From the NCBI GenBank assembly GCA_040357565.1, contig JBDODJ010000036.1: a stretch of 64,000 nucleotides of DNA; one strand, written 5' to 3'. The notes under the pieces are model-generated. The model searched no databases. It was not told the origin of the DNA and saw only the letters and a program-made list of their open reading frames with translations. Source of the stretch: Cercozoa sp. M6MM. Taxonomy: Eukaryota; Protista; Endomyxa: Ascetosporea. Both the position numbers and the translations under genes were made by a program. Below, one piece after another: positions 52,872 to 64,000 of the stretch (positions are counted from its first letter, which is position 1; each line of letters opens with the position of its first letter).

Positions 52872-55250
52872 ATGTCATTGTCGCACCATATAGTGGGAGA
52901 CGTGGCGATAGACAGCTTCCGTAACTGCATTTTTCAACAGCGGATTGAAAAGGCACTTCTGTGTAGGCCGTGAAGATTTCCGACAAACGTGCCACCATGT
53001 GCTTACTCACATACACACAGGTGAGATTTTATTTGTTGAGTTGTCTCTATCTGACCATTGGTTTAAGTAGACCACATGGCCGGACTACAGACGATGGCGA
53101 ACTGGCCTCCAGATCGCCTGGTCCACTGGTTCGCGTGCTTTTCCGAATGTCTTTTGTCAGCGCAGGTGTGCACTTGATGGAACGCAGCTCACCGGAAACC
53201 AAGCGAATGCTTCGAGTGCGGGTACTCTTTCGTTTGGATCACCTGTCTTATATAATTGCGTCTGGACAGGCACCGAAACTGCCGCAGGAGAATGTCGTAG
53301 AACACACCATAGAAAAGGTGTTTCGGTTGGGCCAGACACGTGTCACTTTGTACTCTTTTCGACTTGTCACAGGTAGAGTTTTCGGCAGACATGCACATCT
53401 GCCTGTTCAGTTTCGACGCACACCACTGCGAGGGCGCCGTTGTTTGTGTTTTCGAAAGCGATGAAATCGGCAAAGTGCTGCACACGGTGACTTGTTTTCT
53501 AGTGTCCTGTTTTCAACAAGTTAACTTTTTGACTGTGTGTAGGGTGACTTTCGGTACTCGCGGCTGTTGCGGGAACGGCTGCAAGTCTCGCATCGGTACC
53601 GTCCCTTCGATCGACTGATTCTCGACGTCACTTCTGGCACAGTTACGGATCCTTTCCCGTGGTATTGTTGTTCTGAACAAGGACTTACGGAAGCAGTAGA
53701 CTCCACGTGTCTGCAGCGACGCTCAGGTAGCCAAAGAACTCGCCAAAGCAATCGGAGACACTAAAAAAATTGTTGTTGTGCGAATACGAACTATCGGTAC
53801 CTTCTTTCCCTCTGCCCTCTTACCTCCCTTAATTTCTCCCCAGCACGAGAGAAGATGTTGCAGCGACTGTACCGTGAGCTCGGATTGCATCCATCTCAAG
53901 TGTGCATGTTTGATCGCGGCATCTATGACCTGTGGTACTAATGCTACCATTGACAACATATACCAAAGGAGCCTTACCTTTTGTTGCACAGGGACTCGAT
54001 TAATATTGCCAAAGACTTGGTGAACACAGAGTTGGTGCCACCTCAGTGTACATGCACACACTCGTCTATTTATGTATTATGTGTATATATTGAATGTTAT
54101 TGTTAAGATGAGCTTTGGTAGCTCCTGACAAGGCACCCTTGACCGAGAAGAAAAGGTTGGAAGCGGCGGCCATTGTCTTTAGTCAACGCGCACTGCGTCG
54201 CGGCTGCCGCTTGTGGATCGTTCATCAGAAAGACAAATTGAGCACCCAGGTGCTCTCCGACTTTGTCAACGTCAGCTTCAATGTAGCGTTTTTCTCTTTA
54301 TACCTTTTATCGTTTAGTATCGATGAATTTATTTCTGCACGCATACACTTTGTGCGTCCTGTGTTAGTCTCGTTTCCCTGAGACAGTGCAGCGTGTGTGC
54401 GTTCGAGAGAAGAATCCGCGCATCGTGGAACTGCGAGTGCGACACGCGTATCACTCCGACTTGGCCCAGTTGCGAACTCTCGTGGGAGATCTTCGTCCGC
54501 GCGATGCCACTTCAAGGTATCGCTGACTCGAAGGTTTCGTTCCATCAGACTAATACAAACTTTCGGATGGTGCTGTAGCAACTGGCTAACGCTGCACTCG
54601 AACTTGGAAAACACCCTAGAAATTTCCTCCTTGCTTATGGTATGGTTTTCATAAGTATTTCGGTTATGGGTGAAATGTATCTGTATCTGTGTGCGTTTAT
54701 GTGTGTTGGGGTAGTCTCCCGAGAAATCAAAAGGTCAGGATACCTCAGATGGACATTTGATCCAAGTACCGCCACCCTCACCGCCCAAACTGCAGTCCTC
54801 GCTGACTCGCAACAGTAGCCACATCTCGTTGCTCTCGTGCGATGACAACAGCGTGCTCTTCCTCGGACACGGACACGTCGAAAAGAGCAACAGCCCTGTT
54901 AAGAGAATACGTCGGCGCAACAGCAGTCGCATCGGTGCCATGCATGTCATTCCCGACGACTCGTCCGACTCGGTATCGCACAGCTGCTGCCTGCTGTTCT
55001 TTCTCGCTGGCACCATGTCCAATAAATTCAGAGATACCATAATATTCGATTTATACCCTTCAGGAAGACGAGGAGTTTCTCGAACTCGAACAGCTCGAGA
55101 CTCACCATTGCAGCAACGTCCACAAAGTAAACCAAGAACGGGAGTTCCAAGACGCAATGGCGGACTCGGTGACCTCGCACTTTGTCAACATTGGCGGTGC
55201 CCTTCCTTGGCCGCTGGCTTGGATCAATGCTGCTCGCAGTAGCCCTGGTA
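52872..55250 (+). CDS. SNM1/Apollo/Artemis-type (DCLRE1 family) metallo-beta-lactamase/beta-CASP nuclease; 3' end uncertain
   Basis: VAIDSF, LTHIHTDHMAGL (HxHxDH across an intron), VHCSPETKRML, FDAHHCEGAV, VLHTGDFRYS, LILDVT, and RHAYHSDLAQLRTLVGDLRPR (beta-CASP His motif); disordered tail. Confidence 0.85.
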
Positions 55251-55551
55251 TGTTTGAGCCTGTCGAATGAACTGTAGCCCCATGCGGTGATCGAAAAACA
55301 AACTCGATTAGACGAGAAACGCGACGCGTGCCGCAAAGTTAAATCCAGTGGCCGCGGTGAAGAGTAGTGTTTGACCTGCATGACTGCATACGATCAATGC
55401 ATCCTGATTGAAGTGCTGTTAATGACCGCGCCGAACTGAAGTGCTTAAGGAACGCCGTTCGCTTGATCAAGCTTCCAAATGTAGCAACCTTCCTGCTATT
55501 GAATACAAGAAACCATACGGCTCTACCCAACTCAAGCATCGAAAAAAGTTG

Positions 55552-56592
55552 TTAACCTGCATATTCGGATTGGGATCCGTGCTTTCGTCGCATTTCGAAC
55601 ACAAGAAGATCTGCGGTGTACAGCAACGTGGAGTTTAGCGCAAGGTATAGTTTAAATACAGAGGGTATACTGTAAATGTACCTGTCCATTGTTGACGAGA
55701 CAGTAGGAACAGCCCCGCCGATACACAAGACAGTCCTCCATGTCACCGACCGGTGGCTGTTCTTGCGTATCAGTGCTGTTGGAATTTGTACGGAGTAGAG
55801 TAACACCCGAGTCGTGGTCGACACACTCGTTTGGCCAGCGGTGTCCCTGGCCACCGGTACTGCCGTGATAGAAGTCAATGCACTCGAAGTACGACTGACA
55901 GAAAGCACCTTTGTTTCCTTCAATTGGGAGAAACTACAACAGCCGGAAGTTTTACTACTCACCTGTCCTGCCTGAGGCGGAGTTGTCGTTGAAGACATCT
56001 GAAATGTGCAAACGGAATTACTTTACAAGAAAGCAGAGGGTCTGAAGCACGCACCATTTCAATAAGGTTGTTGCGACAGTCGAAGACAAAGGTCTGGTAG
56101 GCTTCGCGCGTTCGAGACACCAAGCGCCGACAACTGGACGGAATATTGCGCGGCAGTGGACATCGGTACTGCAGACACGACGGGTAGCCTTCCCACACGC
56201 ACACGCGTTGCGTGCTCCACACGATCTCGCCTGCTTCGGTCACCTGCGCTTTTGTTTCCGTAACCTAGTGCCCCCCAGGGGAAAAAACCAACATGGCAGA
56301 ACGTACATGCGTGTTGCAGCCATCACTCCATATCGCGCAGTGCGGCGGAATAGTGCGGTCAATTTCCTGAAACCGAGAGGGGAACTTGATGACAATAAAC
56401 TGTAAGTTTAGTAATTGCAGGACATTCAAAGAAGAGTCCCTTTTTCACTTTCTGTCGTAATTTCGATACCCAAAACGCAGTGCATCGTTCCGCCGAAGGA
56501 TCAATCTTGTTCATGTCGCAGAAACGCAAAGTGCTGCCAATGGTTTCGCCGGTGCGAGAAATCCACTGGGTGTTGCACCCGTCGTAGAACAT
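55552..56592 (-). CDS. Possible hypothetical spliced gene
   Basis: Successive minus-strand ORF segments with plausible splice sites (56359-56592, 55959-56243, 55552-55998); no motif recognised. Confidence 0.3.
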
Positions 56593-57393
56593 CTAGGTTT
56601 GCAATTGTTTTCTTTTCAGTTCAAACAAAGCGAAAATAAATTCAAATGAACGGAGCGCACCTTGCAACCGCACGGAACGCGTGCTTCAATGTCAATCGAC
56701 AGCGCGCACATTTTCAATGCAGCTCAACGCCAGTGTTGAAACAGCGATCTTGATTGCAGTTGCCAACATTCAGCTCAGTTCCACTTCACGACTTTTCGGG
56801 TTGCACAGCGATCCTCTGAACTTAGGACTGTCCCACAGTGTGACGAGCGACTTTGCACCGCACAATTCAGTCTTTTAATAACCCATTTGGGGTGTCTGAA
56901 TGCGAACTACATCGTTTGTGCCAAATACAGCAACCGAACGGAGCTCAACTGAAGTGAAAGAGTCGACCCTCCGCGCGGATCCCAGTCTTCCTCCAACAAC
57001 TGAGACTTGGCCATTCATTTCTTCCTCCGAGAACGGACTTTCTTACATTTCTTAGTTCTTTAGTATCACTGGCAAAGTACCCTCAATTTACCAAGGTCTG
57101 ATCCCCGCCCTATCTGAGCCGACTGTGGGCGGGGAACGGAACACGCAACTGCACGGGAAAGTTGGCTTTCATGCACACAAACTGTTCAACATTACGTAGT
57201 ACGTATACGTAAAAGCGAAAGAACAATTTCGGTTCTCATTGAACGTCGCGACGCAACACTCGACGACAGCTAAGCAAGCTCCCGTCCGACGACTCGCCGC
57301 GCGTCGCCGTGCCTGCGAGATATCGGAGTCGGACTCTCATTTGTACGTTGCGTAAGTCGAGTGGCGTCGCCGCGACATGAAACGACGCGTGGT

Positions 57394-57782
57394 TTATTGG
57401 TGCTTCTCGAGTCGCAGGCTGAAGCTCACGTAGGGGTAGTAGTCCAACGCGGCACCTACAGAACAACCCAGACATACAGCAATGACATACACAATGGAAG
57501 ATTGATGCATGTGCACGAGCTACCCGAAGCGTCATCGTCGCCGAGACCACCATCCAGGTAGCCAAAGTGTTCCTGGAGACTCTTGCGCACACGCTGCGGG
57601 TACTTACCCGGCTGGGGTAGGGGTAGAATAGATGACAAGGGTAAGTGATAACAAACAGCAAAGAAAACAGTGGTACGTCGATGAGTGCCACAGAGAAATT
57701 CACAGGCAGACCGAAACGCAGCACGGACTCGACAAAGACGCGGACCAACTGCACAGAGTTGGAAGGTTGCGCGCGTGCGTGC

Positions 57783-57848
<66 letters not shown>

Positions 57849-59678
57849 NNNNNNNNNNNNNNNNNNNNNNNNNNNNNNNNNNNNNNNNNNNNNNNNNNNN
57901 NNNNNNNNNNNNNNNNNNNNNNNNNNNNNNNNNNNNNNNNNNNNNNNNACTGTGCATCCGGCCCCGAGGCCGCGCACCTGACAGAAGATACATCCACGCG
58001 GGGGGGGGGGGCTAGCGCAGGGGTAAACTAAAGTACCAGCGCAGCAGAGTTCGCCAAGCACGCTGCAGGTTATCGGTTTGCGTCTCCAGCTCCGTCGATT
58101 CCTTCTCCTACCATATATATACTACATTAGTACTATATAAAGCGGGTAGACAGCAAGATACAGCTTCGGCCGGGTCAAACGTGAAGTTGCGCACGTGGTA
58201 TCGTTCCTGTCGATGAACGGGTGTGTGTGGGGAGGGAGCAGGAACAAAGTCAGCACACCTCACGGAAGGCAGCGCGAACAACGTCGGCGCCCTTCTTCAG
58301 CAGCACCTGGGGAGGGGGTATAAAAGGACAACAGGCTAGCTAAGACACGATACCACTCGGAAGAGAACTGACTCCTCATCGCGTGCGAGTTCCAGTGCTG
58401 ATCCTGGGGGGGGGGGAAAGGAATCAATAGAAGACTAGGAGGATATTACCAGGACACACGATCTGCGGCGGCAATGTCGGCAGCTCTGTAGGAGTTAAAC
58501 TTCATCCGCGCGGACATACAGACAAACACGAAAAAGCGAGGTGCACCTTGACCCTCGCGACGTCGCTTCTCGATGGTTTGTGTCTCGAGCGACTCGTAGT
58601 TGGCAAGGAAGTCCTTTTCTCTGTGCGATACTTTCGGGATAGACAGACCTAGGTTAGAGAGGGGCAGGCACTACCTTTGCAGTGGAACAACAACAACAAA
58701 GGTCGTCAGGTACTCACCCTGCACAGTTATATATATATATATATACTTATGCATGTGTACACACCGACTCGATACAAAGCAACCGACCTCGACAATGTCG
58801 CTCCGTCGCACAACCGTGTACAGTGACCTCACTTGCAAGGAGCCGTTGTGACGACGCTCTAGGGCTGCCACCTGTACCCACACAGGTGAAGGGATGAGGA
58901 GGGGAGACAACAGGTAAAGCCGGCCAACCTCAGACCGCAGCTCGAGGTAGCGCTGCTGCAGCGACCGGAAGGACTCCATGCACTGCTGCGTCGACTGCTG
59001 CAACTGCGCCGCCAACGCCGGCAGCGGCATCTACAAGCGTATATGTGTACAGACACCAAGGTAGTAATATATACATATATATGTATTACATCTATAATAT
59101 ATATATATATATATCAGACAGGGCGTACCTGGGTGGGGAAGCGCTGTCGCTGCCAGCGGAACTGGCGCACGAACTGCTCCTGCGTCTGTCCCTGCACCAT
59201 CAGAGTCGGCGCCGTCTCGCGCAGCTCCGTGTCCGTGTCGCCCTGCAATTGCAGACATGCACACATATACACACCCCCTCCGGTCATGGACAGGGCAGGA
59301 AAGCAGGAGCTACGATGGTTTCGTAGTAGGAACGGGCGATCTTCTTGGCCACCGAATCGGCGGTGCTGTCGACCTTTCCGAGTTCGTCGCTGAGCTGCAT
59401 AAGTGCGTCTTGCGTGCCCACACGCAGTTGAGGCACCTATATGGAAGAGGACGCGATATCTTTTGAACATGTACGCGGCCTCTAACGGACCTCAATCGGC
59501 ACACACTCTGCATGTGCATGCTGTTGGACGCATTGCGCCAACTCGGCCTGCTTGGCAGCCTGCCAATCACACACAAAATGAACATATGTCCAACAGCAAC
59601 AACAACAACAAGAAATGATTGCACAGCCGACGACTTCTCGTTCGGCACTGCCACGAACCACAATTCGTTCTGTTGCAT
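57394..59678 (-). CDS. ATP6V1C: V-type proton ATPase subunit C
   Basis: LWFVAVP, VPQLRVGTQDALMQLSDELGKVD, QFRWQRQRFP, GSLQVRSL, EYLTTFVVVVP, FLANYESL, VRVFVESVLRFGLPVNF, DYYPYVSF; one exon interrupted by the N gap at 57849-57948. Confidence 0.93.
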
Positions 59679-60028
59679 GAGTCAACCAGGTCAGCACTGC
59701 TGCACAGGTGCGTTCGCCATTCGCACTCAGCAACCGCAGTCTTAACAAAGTATGCCGAAACCGACCGTCCTTTTGGACGAGGTGCTGCAGACGAACGAAA
59801 AAATTGCCGCTCGAAACAACTAACGTCGCTCTGCGCTTACACACGTGATCTCCTACGCGGTTGTGTGCAACGTTTGAACGATGCAGCAAAGCGTGCGCCA
59901 AGTGGCCAAGCGTCAGGCTCGAAGCTTGGCGGCCGGCGGCTCGTCCGGCGGCCTCCTGTCGGCGTTCTCACAGTGAGTCACGTTGCATCTTGTGGCTTGC
60001 TAAGCCATCGGCTGTTTTGAGCGTTTTC

Positions 60029-61529
60029 ATGTTTCGGTCAAATTAACATTCTGGCAAATCGTCGTTTTGGGTCGTTTTTGCTGGGTCGATCGTTGTATTT
60101 TCTGTGCAGCCACCACTACATTGAGGAAAAGACTCCGCTCTGGGTTGAGGGTAAGCTCTGACAGAGTGCGTGTGTCAGATCGATATGCGACTGTATTTAG
60201 GTGAGGAGCCGGCAACTCTGTCGCTGTACGACTTCTACCAGTTCCCGGGTGGTACGAGATTCTTTAGTCATCCCAAGCACAGGCACGCAAGCAATGTGTC
60301 TGCGTTTGCACAGAGCCCGATGAGGACTTCCTGCGCCGTACGCCGTGCGTGTGGTATGCGAGACCAAATGCGCAGTGTTGCACTAAGTGTGCAGTGGAAT
60401 CGGTGTGTATGCAACTCTGCAGGTCGCCGTGCAAGACGGAGGACCACGTCGTCGAGACGTGCCTCCAGGCCGAGAACTACCGCAAGTACCTTATCTGTCC
60501 AGAGTGTGTCTTGCCTTGTGTGCGAACGGCCATGTGTGCGGTGCAGCCTTCGTACGCCGCTTGATGGCCATTGCTGGAAGCACGACTCGGTACCTTGACA
60601 CCTTTCCTCAGCTGCCTTTGCGACGTGCTCTTTCGTGACTTTGTTTCTCTCGTTGGTGTGCAGATCATCATGAAGATGCCGCCGTCCTACTACCCGCAGA
60701 CGTACCTAGTCTCGCATTCACAAGAGACTGACTCAGACTGACGTGTGAGAGTTACCTCCCCATTTGACTGGCAGGTACTACTACGACCGCGAGGACCCGC
60801 ACTTCCAGGACTACCTCGTCAAGCGCAAGCAGTATGTCTCGCTGCAGTGCAGCGTGCCTACGTGGTCTGTGTGTACTCACTCCTGTTTGTGCAGGTACGC
60901 CGAGCTGTACGGCGAGCCGACTGAGGTGCCCGAGTGGGTGCCTGCCGAGCACCGTGCCGACGGTTTCGCTCCGCGCGCGCCGGTCGACCGCAAGCGCGAG
61001 CTCGTCGACGCGGTCGTTGTGGCGCCGATCTGGGCCACGTTCCGCGACTTTGATGAGGTGCGTCGTTGGCGTTTCTCGCTGCTGTCGCAGTTATGTATAC
61101 TTTCATTCTTTTTTCTTTTTACTTGGACAGCCCGAGCCGATTCCGCCCAAGAACGAGGTGCGAACCCTCTCTGTCAACCCTCTTGCTGCCTTTCTCATCA
61201 GCCTTACGTGTGTATATGTGTGCGTATATGTGTGTGCATATGTGTGCGTATATGTGTGTGCATATGTGCGTATGTGTGCTCGTAGTTCATCGCCAAGCTG
61301 CCCAAGCCGCTGTACGCGGCGATCAACAACTCGTGCGGCCCGTTCGTCGAGGACGACGACACCGTACCACGCCTGCCGATATTACTTCTTGGTATGTATG
61401 TGTCTGCGTCTATCTGGTGGCTGTGGTTGTGTGCAGCTGCGCGAGTACTTCTACCACTACGAGTTCAAGCAGGAGAACTTCTCCCGCGACGTGCCGCCGG
61501 CGGAGGTCGAGACCCCCGAGGCTCAGTAA
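60029..61529 (+). CDS. Orphan protein with strong codon bias and a CX9C motif
   Basis: About 11 short phase-compatible exons: MFRHHYIEEKTPLWVEGEEP...SPCKTEDHVVETCLQAENY...YYYDREDPHFQDYL...VETPEAQ-TAA; nearly all C/G-ending codons. Confidence 0.75.
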
Positions 61530-61829
61530 AGACCCATCATGTGACGTCATCGTATCAACTCTGTCTCATTTTCTTCGATTTACTACCTTTCGTGTTGGTC
61601 ACCTCGCAATCAATTAAAAACGGAGCGTGGATGGATAAATAGCGAAAGACTAAAATCGAATTAAATGATTTAGTAAAGGCTTGCGTTGAACCGATCGGAC
61701 CGCGGAGCGTTTGAGTCGAAACGGAACACAAAAGCCAAGGTGTTTGACGGTCGATGGACACGAAAGTCCCAGTGTACACAAGCTTGAGTGGAGAGAGACT
61801 TCAAGAGCTAGACGACAGTGCTTAGTAGC

Positions 61830-62319
61830 TCATGACAAGAACCACAGCAGCAGGAAGAAAAAGAGAAGAAAGCCGGAGAGTTGGAGCATCTGTTTGCATC
61901 CTCCCGGGCCTAAAACCACAGTGTGCAAAGATACTTAGACATACGGCAGGAAGTGTGTGATTGTTACCGCTGAGCACACGCAGTCGTTTCGTGATGCCAC
62001 CCATGAATTCATCCACAAAGGATGCTCTGTCGCCCTGCGAGCACAAAACACGTTCCCGTGTGTTAATCAGTCTTTTTTCAGCGAGAAACGCACCATGTCG
62101 TCAAGGAGGTCGTTGTGTAACCTGATCTCATCGCCCAGGTCCATCGTCAGGCGTTTGAGGTCTTCGACGTGGCCTCCCATTCGGCTCCTGACAAGTCACG
62201 AAAACACAAACGGATAACTCTCGGTACTGTGTCGTTTCCAGGCAGCAACAAAGGTACCAAGCGTCATCGTTCTGCCGGCGCAGCAGCGACTGTGTCTCGT
62301 TTCTGTGCGTCGGCAACAT
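61830..62319 (-). CDS. BET1: BET1-like Qc-SNARE
   Basis: Four exons: RQNDDAWSRMGGHVEDLKRLTMDLGDEIRLHNDLLDDMGDRASFVDEFMGGITKRL plus C-terminal TM MLQLSGFLLFFFLLLWFLS-TGA. Confidence 0.8.
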
Positions 62320-62527
62320 TTTTCAAGAATTGAAACCTTTGACGACGAAATCTCACACACGAACAGAAGACAAGTTAAACGGCGTCAATACACTATCAAA
62401 GGAACCACACGGGTATCAGGCCACCGTAACACGTCACAAGATGGTGTTTTAACGCGAGTTACTTTATTGGCTACAAATGGTCCGGTCGGCTCAACAACGT
62501 ACAAATTGTACAGCGTTGTGGCTCTCA

Positions 62528-64000
62528 ATGTCGAAACGAAGAAAAGTGCTGCTGCTTGAACAGCAGGGCCTCAGCACAGGAGTGTGTGGTGCCACCGGTG
62601 TCATTGGCATCGCAGGTCATTGTAGTATCGACAAGAGGCCGCGCGACTATCGCTTCTGTACACAACTGCAGCCTTTGGTGGAAACACACGGTGAGTCACT
62701 CTGCTCTCCTCCTGCGAGCGTGAAACCTCGCTTTGCGGATGTGCATTTGTGTGCTTCTGTCGCCAGGTAGTGAGACCACTGGCGTGGCATGCAGGAGTAC
62801 AACGTGGGCGCCGTCATCAACGAGGCACTCACGAACTACTTCTACTCGGACATAGTGCTCGACGTGGATGGGTGCTGATCCTCGCACACGCAGAGTGGCA
62901 GTGCTTTGTGTGCAGCTTTGCCTTGTGTGTGTGCAGTCTGGCCACAACGGCGGCAGCGGCGGCCTTTGACGCACTCGAGAGCGTGCAGGCACCGTCATCG
63001 GCAGTGTCGTCTACAGTGTCGTCAACACTGAGTGGTCACCTGGGTGGTCACCTGAGTGGTCACCATCACCATCAACTGCAACGCTCGCTCAAGGCGCACG
63101 GCGACGCCTTCCCGCTGCCGCAGAGTATGCTGTTTACCCCCTGCCTCCCTGTACGCGTATACCTCCTCGGCCTGGACAGGAGAACTCTTCGGCGCACTGG
63201 CCGCCGCCGCCAGCGAGCCGAAACGAAAAAGCGACCCGCTGCGCAAGATCCGTCATGCAATGGTTTTCCCCCTTCCCCTCTTTTTACCCTCTTTTTACCC
63301 TGGCTAGTACCCCTATCTTTGCCCCTGATGTAAAGGACGTATGTCTGGTGCAACTTGCGTTGCTGGCGCCGTTGCATCGCGAGTCACTGGTACGAGTGTC
63401 CCCCCACCCCCTCTTTACTCCCTCCTTACCCCCTCTTTACCCCCTCTTTACGCCCTCCTTACCCCCTCCTTACCCCCTCTTTACCCTCCTCTTTACCCCT
63501 CTTTACCCCCCTTGTATGTGCAGTTATCGTTGCTGCGACGACGCGACTGCTGCGGATTCTCGGAGCTGCGGCCGACGCCCGAGCAGTGCGAGCAGCTGCT
63601 GGAGGAGACAGGTAGTTTCTTTGTCCCTTCTGTGTGGGGGGTAAGAGGAGGGAGTAAGAGGGGGTTAAGTGGGGTACTAAGAATTCTACATACAGTCCTG
63701 GTGACGGAGAAATGCATCGACGGCGTCTTGAACGAAGAGGCGCAGCGACTCGAACATGCCAGGTACGGGAAGGGGGTACTGGAAGGGGGGACTAAGGGTA
63801 TGAAGGAGGGATCTACGACTGCTGCCTGTTCAGAGTGGTGTTCGCCATGCTGGAGGTCTACTTCTGCATGCGGCAGCGCATCTGCGGACACGCCAGTCGA
63901 CTCATGGCGACGTCGCCTCAGACGCAGTAGCTCCTGTTCACCCCCTCTTTACCCCCTCCTTACCCCCTCCTTACCCCCTCTTTACCCTCCTCTTTACCCC
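62528..64000 (+). CDS. Hypothetical spliced protein, runs off the window end
   Basis: Exon-like GC-rich segments (EYNVGAVINEALTNYFYSDI, RELFGALAAAASEPKRK, VLVTEKCIDGVLNEEAQRL) separated by C-rich introns. Confidence 0.5.

Noticed and set aside
57103-57134. GC-rich hairpin CCCCGCCC-N16-GGGCGGGG as a rho-independent terminator
   Set aside because: Eukaryotic context, no U-tract and a single occurrence; not supportable as a feature.
63405-64000. True telomere at the window end
   Set aside because: The C-rich repeats are interrupted by exons and match the intronic tracts seen across the window; they are not a terminal array.

Overview
Gene-dense, intron-rich nuclear DNA of a unicellular eukaryote; no prokaryotic, phage or CRISPR features. 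Introns are mostly ~55-100 nt, GT-AG, and often filled with simple repeats. The genetic code looks standard (TAA, TAG and TGA all used as stops). The supplied ORF track is largely misleading, so genes were rebuilt by hand from exon phases. Confidently recognised: DLST (OGDH E2), WDR12/Ytm1, ZMAT2/Snu23, RECQL1-type helicase, V-ATPase subunit C, a SNM1/Apollo/Artemis-type beta-CASP nuclease, a DTW-domain tRNA acp3U transferase, a BET1-type Qc-SNARE, and a bZIP factor with Lys in place of the invariant Asn. Also present: a ~13 kb multi-pass surface-protein gene and several orphans. Best candidates for novelty: (1) a 10-bp palindrome TCCGCGCGGA found exactly 13 times in exons, introns and intergenic DNA, like cyanobacterial HIP1; (2) a polyQ-rich, membrane-anchored, divergent CCA/PAP-type nucleotidyltransferase; (3) an in-frame PP2C-DUF1295 fusion; (4) telomere-like TA(1-3)G(3-6) tracts colonising introns; (5) a dispersed hairpin element and a TACGTAGTAC motif in intergenic DNA. 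All counts were made by eye and gene ends for orphans are approximate.
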